Source: Blepharisma stoltei ATCC 30299
Taxonomy: Eukaryota > Protista > Ciliophora
Assembly (NCBI GenBank): GCA_965603825.1
Contig: CBFDEM010000060.1
Coordinates: 372,001-436,000 of the forward strand
DNA: 64,000 nucleotides
Direction: 5' to 3'
The position numbers and the translations under genes are program-made. The notes beneath the pieces were generated by a model. That model searched no databases and was not told the origin of the DNA. It worked only from the letters and a program-made list of their open reading frames with translations. Every line of letters begins with the position of its first letter. Position 1 is the stretch's first letter. Of the stretch, positions 51,274 to 61,542 are shown piece after piece.

Positions 51274-51775
51274 CTATAATAGATCGCAAGAATTTTAATT
51301 CTAATATAGTAAGCTGAAATTTTTCTTCTAATTCTAAGTAAATTAAGATTTATTTCCTAAGAATTATTTAAACAATAAATTTTACTCGTTTGAATGCCTT
51401 TCCAAATTATAATTGTAAATAGTAATTACAAATTTATTAATTTTATAAAAATAATTAGCATTAAACTCTAAAATGGAAAAAATAAATTTTTAATTTTCAT
51501 CTAACAAATACAATTAATATTTACAACTTATATATCTCATTTAATAAAAGTATATATAAAATACTTGTGTGAAATTATATTGCATTATAAAATTAATTTA
51601 TAAATTCTAATTTTTAGTAAGAATGAAGATAATCCACTCTTTATTTAATAATTATAAATCCTAAATATTACTTGAGTAGGAAATAATTTTAAAACTATAA
51701 ACAATGAAATTTTCCTAAATTTTTTATTTATTATCAGTTTTCACAGCTATCGAAAATGGTTGTTTATAAAACTCA

Positions 51776-53128
51776 ATGATAAGTCAAAGCATATTCATTA
51801 TCTCGATTCTGATATATTTGATACATTCTTAAAGCGTAGATATAGTGACAATTGGAGAGCCTCAACAGATATCTCAAACTGAAACTTGAAAAATTTTTCA
51901 AATTGAAGGCATAGAAACATCTTCTTTATATTTATCAGTGAAAGCAACGTTTAATTCCCATCGAGATGTTGCACTTATGATAAATAACAGTTCCGCTTCA
52001 GCTCTATCCGATGATAAGTTTTCTGCTAATTATGTTGACTATGATGACTGATACTCCGGAACTCTCAACTATAATATGATACTTCAGCCAACTGAATATA
52101 ATCCGAACTCTTTATTTGTGATGCTCTATTCTCCAAACAGCAGTTGCACATATACTTTGGAAATTCTTCAAAACTCTTCGGCTGTGTGTCCTAATGATTG
52201 CTCAGGAAATGGAAAATGTGTATCAGGCACATGCGAATGCTTGGAAGATTTCATTGGAAAAGACTGCAGCATTCAAGCAACTAGGATTTCAAGTGATAAT
52301 AACACGGTGTTTTTGGACTTGAAATCAAAGCAATCAACGTTTCTATTCTTTGATGAAACCGATGAGGATGTCGAAATTAAATATAAAGCATATTTAATGA
52401 ATGTCGCAATTTATACAAAACCTGCTGTGGATGATGATTCTTCAAGAAGCAATCAAGAGTGCAACTCAATTTTACCGTCAATTTATGAATACGAATACGA
52501 AGAAACTGGCTCTCATATAACTTTTAGAGTAAAAGCAGGCGATTCTTGGTATTTTCAAATAGTGAATAATGATATAATAGAAGCAAATATAGCGGTCGAT
52601 GTAGAAGAAATAGACGATGACGATGATTCTTCGACAATGACAATCATTTATTGCACAGCTGGTTCTGGTGTTTTACTCATTATCGGGATAATAATTTGCG
52701 TTACTTGCAAATTAAGATGTTTGAGCTCGGCTAGTCACATTAATGAAAGTCCAGGTATTGAAAAAGCGGCTATTAAGAGATATTTTCCTAAAAAGCTATA
52801 CAAAGATAAGCATGCAGATAGTGAATACCTAGCCTGCCCAATATGCTTAGATAACTTTTCTCAAGAAGACTATGTAAGAGAGCTGTATTGCAAACACATT
52901 TATCACAAAAATTGCATTGACCCTTGGTTTAAAGTAAAAAGTTATTGCTGCTTATGTAAAAAAGACTTTAAGCATCCAGAAAATTTAACGGGTATGAAAG
53001 AAGGAGTTAATATGGTCGATAACTCACCTCAGATCGAGTTGCAAGGGATTTTGAGAAACGAAAATCAAGAAAGAAGGGCAAGCGAAGAAGCCAAAAATGA
53101 AAAAGAAGATAAGGATATCTTTCCATAA
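51776..53128 (+). CDS. Type I membrane EGF-like + RING-H2 ubiquitin ligase, paralog 2 (in-frame TAA at codon 19)
   Basis: Collinear with paralog 1; TAA 51830-51832 follows the signal peptide; rest of frame intact. Confidence 0.7.
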
Positions 53129-53235
53129 ACTTTTTAATTTTATTCATAGTATAAAATCGCAAAAACATGATAAGTACCATGCTAAAAATAAATTATTTTG
53201 CAAAAATAAAGCATTCAAAATTACTTAATATTTAT

Positions 53236-53880
53236 CTAAAGGGTTCTAATAAAAATCACTCCTAATATCAGCACAACAATTGCCCATAATAGATAAATGA
53301 CTCCTGATAAAATCTGAGAAAGCCTCACAGAAACTTGATCTTTTAAACTTCCTCCTATAAAGACTGCAAGAATACCTAACGCAGCATATGCAGCTACAGC
53401 GCCAAGGGCCACATAAAATGGATAGCCTAGTGCAGAAAGCATTAAAACAGCTAATATAGGCTTTTCATACCATGAAGTTGCGAAGATCCTTGAGCCTGTC
53501 TTTTTGAAAGTTTTCCTCCAATTTTGGTCAGATATAAAAGGCTCCATCTGCTCCTCACTTGATTTAACTGTGATAAAAAATGCTTGATAGAAAGAAGCAA
53601 TGGACAATATAAAAAAGATGATTCCCGATATTGCTCTTATTCAAAGTGCAGGTACCAAATAGGCTAATAGTCCGCCTAGAAATGAAGCCACAACTGTAAT
53701 TAGTGTCATTGTAAAAAAGAAGCCTGAAAATACAGCTGACTTAGGACTTGTCGGGGTAAGGAAAGAGACTAATATATATGATGAGTCACCCAATTTGACT
53801 AGAAAAATTGTCAGAAGAGAGCTCAGGAAAACTGCCAGAGGAGCAGGAGCGATTATGACTGGGAGGTCTTTTAATTTCAT
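53236..53880 (-). CDS. Degenerate GDT1/TMEM165 (UPF0016) membrane protein
   Basis: Two hydrophobic repeats: IFLVKLGDSS and IFATSWYEK; PFYVALGAV..LAVFIGG..VSVR..SGVIY; alternative ATG at 53907. Confidence 0.75.
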
Positions 53881-54085
53881 TTTATTATTTTGTGGATGAT
53901 AATACATTATCTTGATTATCAGAATGGATTAATAAATGGAAAATGATTGATGGAAATAAATTGATATTTTAGTCCTTTTAAATTATATGTATATAATTAT
54001 GAGAATCAAATTTAAAAATTTCTTTTGGAGTTACTTATTGAAGCGAACTTATTTTGTGCCTTGTACAATGTAGAATTTTATAAAT

Positions 54086-56467
54086 ATGGATGAGACTAGT
54101 ATTGAGGTCATTATGGGTTGAATTAAAGAGATAGAGCCATCTCTTCCTAGGCCGACTGAGGAGATCAATTGAATTATAACTAATAAAGCCAGTGAAGAAA
54201 GTGTTTCTGATGAAGTCCTTCAATTTTTTGCTGAAAATTTGAAGGTTTTAAACATTCTTGTATTCAGCAAGAGAGAGGAAGAAAAAATTGAGAGGAGTCT
54301 TACTGAAATTAAAGGAATTATTAATGAGAAAAGCTCTAATGATGTAGGAAGTCTCCTGCAAGTCGTTAATGAAATGAAAATTGAACTTTTTAGGGAGATT
54401 GAATTAGAAATTATAGCATTTACACGAGATGAAAACTATACTGACCCAGGCTATCAAGATGTTGACAATCAAGTATCAAAATTCGAGAGAGAGATATTTA
54501 ATTATTTGAAATCCACTCCAAATAAATCATTAAGAGCATACATGAATAGCATAAGTCAAGAATATTCAGTCATTTTTAAAACCTATTTTGAAGATATTAG
54601 GCTTATGAATGAAGAAGAAAGGCAAATTTTAGATTTTGACTTTGAGTGTATTAATAGGTTTAAAATAGAGATTGAAAATAAATACTATTTTACTCCTAGT
54701 TTTCTATCTGAAATTTTTATTGAAAATCTCATAGAATTTTTACATGCTCAGCTGCTTGAAGTGCTTTATAAAGAAGATATAAAATTTTTTTTATCAGGCT
54801 ACAAATTTCAAGTATCAAAAATTTGATATTTTATGAACTCAGAAGCAAAGTTACATAAGGAAAATTCTCTAACTATCTTTATAGAAGTAATTCGGAAGAA
54901 ATATGGATGAATTCCCCATGAAGTCGAAAGAAAAATCATACTCAAATTAAAAAAGGAAACTAATAAAATATGACTAGAAAATGGATTCAGCAATTCAGAG
55001 CATATCAAAGAAGTTGGGCTATTTACAAAAAGGCAGGTGGATAGGATTTTAAATGGAAACTTAAAATTATTTCAAAATGATCAGCAAAACAGCCAAGAAT
55101 TTAAAATGGCTGCCTCAAAAATTTTGTGAGAAGCAGCCTCAAAGAATTCAGACAGCGATATTTGTAAATGGAAAATAAATGAGATTAGTGAGTTTTTAGA
55201 TTTTTCTTTTTATAGCCTTCCTCATTCTCAAAGCCCTTCAATATTCACTCAATCCAAAGAAAACATGCTTTTTTTCTTATTTCACACTACACTCCTAACA
55301 TCAAACTTGCATATTGCAACCTGCCCTGAATTAAATCATTATGAAAAGCGTGAAAGCCAGGTCGAGGATTTTGAATGACTAAGGATAATGGTGGGAACAA
55401 GCTTTAAATTTAATCCTAATCACCCAACATATTTTACTCGCCAAGATAATCCAATTATAATATGTGGAAAAATGCTGGAGGTTATTATAGATTCTTTATA
55501 TAAGGCTGGCAAGCTTAATTCGAAAACTGAAATTCATCAAATTTTTAGTGAAAGTTTCAAGGGTTATATGCATCTTATCGAGTTTATAAACGCTCCTAAA
55601 AAAGAATCTAAAGCAATTAAAAAGAATTTCACAAAAATAAAAGAAGGAAATTCTGCAGTGATAACCATATGTATATCAGGATGGCTTTCTGAAAAAGATA
55701 ATAAACATAAAGACTGATTTCACGTTGGAGAATTGCCAAACCAAGGCTTGACTTATGATTTTAAATGGAACTCTGGGCATTGAATAGACACTTCTTTAAA
55801 AATTGGCTTTAATGTGTTAACTTGGCTTCCTCTGCCGCTTGGATTTCGTTGGTATAAATTATTTGGACAAGGAGCAATGAAGCCTTTAGTTATTGGCTCA
55901 GGGATTACATCTATTATAAAAAGACCAATATGAACAAGATTTAAAGATTTTGTATACCTATCACGTCAAGATCCATTAATCCCAATTTCTTCTGCAGTTG
56001 ACTATCTTGTTGGATGCCCTTTTGAAGGAAAGGCAAAAGAAGCAGCAAATGCTGGCAAGCTTCTTGCAGAAATTATAAATAGTGGGGAATTCGGCAACTC
56101 GAAGATAAACTTAATTTGTTTTTCACTAGCAGCTGAGGTGGTTCACAATTGCTTATTAAATATTTCTGCAGAAAAAGCAAATACAATAAATCATGTAATA
56201 TTGATGGGTGGAGCTTCTAGTAAAGCTGGTGAATGAGCAAAATGCAAACAAAATGTAAATGGAAGAATGATATGTGTCTATTGCAAAACTGATAATATAT
56301 TGAAATATTTATATAGAGCTTCTCAGCTGACTGAGCCAATTGGACTTGTTGGAATTGATGTGGAAGGGGTAGAACAATTTGATTTAACAGGAACTGTAAG
56401 TGGGCATCTGGACTATAGAGAGAAGATGGATGAAATTTTCCATGCAATAAATTATTTTGGGTCCTAA
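54086..56467 (+). CDS. DUF726/TMCO4-like alpha/beta-hydrolase-fold protein, paralog 1
   Basis: ICISGWL, AANAGKLLAE, NLICFSLAAEV, ILMGGA, DNILKYLYRA, VSGHLDY; one frame with TGA=Trp. Confidence 0.83.
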
Positions 56468-56896
56468 TGGTGCATGGTATATTGGAGACTGAAATATGGT
56501 CTAATCTATTTTATCTTAATAAATTTGCATTATAATCCTGATTATTATAGTCAGATCAATGAAATTTAATTTTTTAAAAATAAATATAAATAAGGCGTCT
56601 AATCCATCTCCATGAATGATTTAAAGTTTTATTGCTCACCGGGGAAGATTTGCGTAATGTTTACAACAATCTAGGAAAAATATAAGGCAATTTTAAATCA
56701 TAATAAACCTAAAATTTCGTAGAATCTACAATCTTTTTTTTTCTTTGATTTTAAATAAAGATAACAAACAAAATTTACTTATCTATTCCTAACATTCCCG
56801 AGGTCTTTTATGATTATTTTAAAAATCACTATGCGCTTACATAGCATTTTTGCATGATCCTGCTAATATTAATAAACATTTAATTAAAAGAATCAA

Positions 56897-59293
56897 ATGA
56901 GCCATACGGACTTGGAGCAAGATTTAATCCATGAAATATATTTAAGTCTACCAATGCCAGAAGAAAATTTATATGAAAAATTTATCGAAATTATTCAAGC
57001 AAATCTATTTAGCAGAGAATTATTAGATGCGGATCTTCAGGCACAAAGTGACCTTTGGGAGAAAATAATGCTCGCAAATTATGATAAAATTCAAGAAAGC
57101 CAAGAAAGGTTTATTTCCAGTCGCATACCTAAGATAAAAGAAATAATAGATGATAAAAGAAGCAGCAATTTAGACAATGCATTGCATCAGATTGCTGTGA
57201 AAATTTTAGAAATTGTGGAATTTTTACAAAATGATATTACTAATTATATTAGGCTTGATGGAAATGATGAAACTCAGGCAAACATAATTGCATGATCGAA
57301 GTCTATGACTACAACTCTTAAGAGCACGGTATATGAAGACTTAAAGGCTTCAAAAAATAAAATAATTTCAAAATACATGAAAAACATAATTAAGCAGTTT
57401 CCAGTTATTTTGGAAAATTATATAAATCTTACGAATAAAAACACAAGAGAGCATTTAGACTGCTATCAAGGCTGCCAGGAACTTTTTGAAAATTATATTC
57501 ATATACAATATAGCTTTACACCAAAGTTTGTCGAAGAATTATTTTCTGAAGACTTAGAGGACTTTTTGGACAAAATGATCGATGGCCTTATGACGAAAGA
57601 AACCGATCAGTATTTAAAAGAATATAAAGAACAAATTTCTGATTGAAAATACTATACAAACTCTGAAGCACGAGAAAGCAGAAAAGAAGCAATAATCGAC
57701 TTTAAGGTAAGTTTAAACCAAAAATTTGGATGGATCCCAAGTGAAATTATGAAAGAGACTGTGTTTAATTTAAATAAAATGATGTGCAAAGCATGAAAAA
57801 CTAACTCAATTCAACATAAAAAATATGCAAAAGAGATTGATACATTTACAAATGAAATTCTGGAGGATATGATTAATGGCAGCCTAAAGCCATTTGATTC
57901 AAGCTATTGCATAGATTTTAGCCTCATTGCTTATTTCTTATGCTCATCAGCCTTGGAAACAGACAACCCTGAAGATATTTTAATAAAAATTAATGAAATT
58001 ACTCAGCTTTTGAATAATCATTTTGATTATAATGCAATAGATGAATTGCTTAAGCATCAGTGAATTGCACACATAGATGACCAAATAGAAGCTCGCAAAA
58101 CAATGTCTCAGATTTGGCTAAATTCAAGCCTTCATGATAAGAAGCATCGATATTTTTTTTTATTTTGCATAACTCTGGTGTCATCAAACCTCCACTATTT
58201 CGTATGTCCTCAATTGAAAACATATGGAGTTCGTGAAAGTAATATAAGGGATTTCGATTGGCTAAGAAATACCCTAAAGCTAGTTTTCCAAACTAAAGAT
58301 TTTACTTCTTTCAGTCTCAACAGACAAGATAATCCAATATTTACATGCCAAATGATGATGAAAATCATTGTAAAATATTTAGTTAAGTCTCATAAACTTC
58401 CTAACGATAGCGCTTATCAAATTTTTACCAATTATATAGATGGTTATGTGGCAGAAATCACCAGCAAGCATAATTTGATAGGTCTATCCAAAACTATAAA
58501 AGATAATTTTATAAGAATTAAACAAGAAAATTCTGAAACTGTCACAGTTTGTGTAAGCGGGTTTTTATCAGAAGACAGTAACAAGGATACAGATTGGCTT
58601 GATCTTATAGAGCTGAATGAGCAAGGGGATACTTATGACTACAAATGGATGTCAGGAAGCGTTTTGAAATTAATATTAGAAATATGTTGCAATCTTATGT
58701 CTTGAACAAAATTCACAGCAAATAAAGAGCGCAAAAGGCATCCTCACATCAGCCATTGAAAAAGAGTAAAAGAATATTTATCACGAAGAAGTGAAAACGC
58801 ATTTTTCAAACTTTCTTCATACATAAACCCTATAATTGGATGCCCTTTTAGTAAAAAAATGACTGAATCACAAAAAGCTGGGCAAAAACTTGCAGAAATC
58901 ATAAAACAAAATGCATTTAATGGATCTATGATAAACTTGGTAGCATTTTCATTAGGCTGCAATGTGGTTTATCATTGCTTGCTGGAATTGTCAGAGTGTG
59001 ATAGAAAAATCATAAATAATGTTATTTTAATGGGCGGAGCATCAAACATAAGTGGGGACTGAAAGAGATGTAGAAAGGCAGTGGGTGGAAGAATGATAAA
59101 TGCTTATAGCAGGCACGATGGGTCTTTGAAGTACCTTTACAGAGCTTCAGAGCTCTCAAATCCTATTGGATTAGCTGCTATTGATGTAGAAGGAATAGAA
59201 AATTGTGATCTGTCTCAATTTATATTTTATCATATGGATTATAGAAAAATGATGGATTTAGTTCTCTATGAAATAAATTATGATGGGGATTAA
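56897..59293 (+). CDS. DUF726/TMCO4-like alpha/beta-hydrolase-fold protein, paralog 2
   Basis: VCVSGFL, AGQKLAE, NLVAFSLGCNV, ILMGGA, DGSLKYLYRA, HMDY. Confidence 0.83.
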
Positions 59294-59334
59294 AGCAAAC
59301 TCATAAAATGGAATTTTAATATAAATTTTATTGT

Positions 59335-60274
59335 TTACAATCATCCTAAAGATCCTAAAAATTGATAACTTGGTCTTGGGAGCTTTAATACCAAGCAAAG
59401 TAAATATTCTAGCACACTTAAATTGCCATCACCCCTGATAACAATGTCAAAGTCTCTGAAATCATCAAGGCTTGCTAGTGCTTCATCATTGAAATACCCA
59501 ATAGATATCACTTTCGTTTCATCATTAATTTCCTTCAATATAAGTAAATCCTGCATAATCTGATACCGATGGAATATCTCCCAAAACAAAATAAGACTTC
59601 TGAATTTTCTTCCCACGAATTGAATGAAATTTATTCTGGCTATGTACAATAGGTGTTGAAAATCCCAAAAGTTTCCCATTTTCGTCAAATTCAATAAAAT
59701 TTGACTTAATTTTGATCTGATAGCTTGTAATTGCTTTTATCATTTCTGAAATAATGTTCCCGACCCCTCCTGAGACAATTGTAAAAGGTATCTTGTTTCT
59801 CTCGCATATAGAAATTACTTCCAAAATCCCATATCGAAAGTAGAATGGTAAATTTTCAATTGCAGAAGTAATCATGTGTTTCTCTATATGCGCTTTTAAA
59901 AATACCTCTTGCTCTTTTGCCCATCATTCGTGCATTAGAAGCATTTTTTTGTCAAGGGAGATGGAGGGGTCAATTTCAATGGGATGATAATGTAAAAATA
60001 AATCTTTAACGTCTTTTGAGTGATTTTTGTCTAAAATGCTGATTAGTAAGTTTATAGTTGAAAGCTTGAATCCGTTAACTGAATATTTTGTTAATGTCGA
60101 GTCAAAATCAGAAATTATCCCGAAGTCAGATGAAAAAGACTCGATTTTTGACTTGAGATTGAGAGGATCTCGAATGAAGACCTAATTAGGAGATACAGTT
60201 TCTGCTGGGTTCATTGGAGAAATCAGTGGTCTGATGAAATTGGAAAATCCTCTCTTTAGTATCGGGATAATCAT
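59335..60274 (-). CDS. Pyrimidine 5'-nucleotidase (NT5C3/UMPH-1, HAD family); introns 60182-60196 and 59551-59566
   Basis: ISDFDSTLT, YHPIEIDP, MHEWW, IVSGG, SNFIEFDENG, LGDIPSDL after splicing. Confidence 0.92.
59551..59566 (-). other. Tiny intron (16 nt) GTATCAGATTATGCAG
   Basis: Removal restores the frame and the HAD GDxxxD motif. Confidence 0.92.
60182..60196 (-). other. Tiny intron (15 nt) GTATCTCCTAATTAG
   Basis: Removes an in-frame TAG between ATG 60274 and the HAD domain. Confidence 0.85.
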
Positions 60275-60317
60275 ATTTATAATATACTGAAAATAAGTAA
60301 AATCTCTATCATTTAAA

Positions 60318-61340
60318 TTAAAATATGTAATTATTGAATCAATATTTCAGAATAAGCAAATATGAATATACTCCTAAAAAATTAGAAACTTTTTCTCATA
60401 AATCATATTGCTCAGATTCTGGGTAATTCAAAATGAACCCTGTGAAACCTGCACCTATAAAGTATAGTTCTTCCTTAAATACTCAGCTCTTGTCCACAAA
60501 AATAGTAATTAAATCATAAAGGAGTATCATAGAAATCAAATTTAAAATAAAGTTAGAATATAAAAAAATAATTTTCAGATATAAATTTTCGCGATCTATG
60601 GCTGCTGCATGATAGTGCTGAATGATTTCTGGACAAGAAACATCTAAACTACGGCATATATCTCTTAAGTAATAAATATATATGCAAAAAATCAATATTA
60701 AGCAAGCCAATTGAGCAACACCCGATAAAGCGCATTTCATAATATATAATTTGCTTATTTTAAGTCCAAGTAAATATAAAATGAAACTAAAAAAACTGAT
60801 TAAATGGCAAAATTTGTACAGATCATATAAGTTTAAATGAGAATATTGCCGCCGTTTTCGTTGGTAGATTAAAAAAATAAGGCTTGACATAATAAATTTT
60901 AAAATGGAAGTTGTATAAGTTTGCATGCAATAATCCAATGAAATAGTGTTTATAATTCCAAGTATCAGACAGTTTTTCAGGCTCTTTTTAAAAGATAAAA
61001 TAAAGGATAAAGTTCCTGATACATAAAAGCAAAATGTGAGGAATGATGATATTCATGTTCTAGACTCTTGGCAATATTCAGATATTATAAAGCTCTCAAC
61101 TATGAGAGAATTAATTCGATCGAAAATATTATGAAATTGATAAATATTGTCAATGGGGATAAAATAACTGATCTTGGAAAATATTTTTTCATCTGCATAA
61201 AGAGTTATATAAGAAATCGAGAATAGTCATTTTATTTTTCTTGTAAACCTTTCTGAGAATATTTCTTTTATGTTTCATAATCCAAAAGATTTATAATTGA
61301 CAAGTAATAAGAAAAGGATTTTGATTATGATTCCAAGCAT
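60318..61340 (-). CDS. Multi-pass membrane protein of unknown function
   Basis: 340 codons open with TGA=Trp; many hydrophobic segments. Confidence 0.72.
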
Positions 61341-61542
61341 CTTCCTGTATATTTATTAATTTATGATCTCTGCAGCAAAATATATATTAAAATTCAATAA
61401 TTTAATCAAATTTAATATTTATTGGATATCCACTCCAAGATAAGTTGCACAACATTACCAATAGGGTAATTTTTATTAATTTAATTATACTTTATAGTTT
61501 GACAGTTTTATAAACCGCCTAGCCTTAGATTTCTTAAATAAA

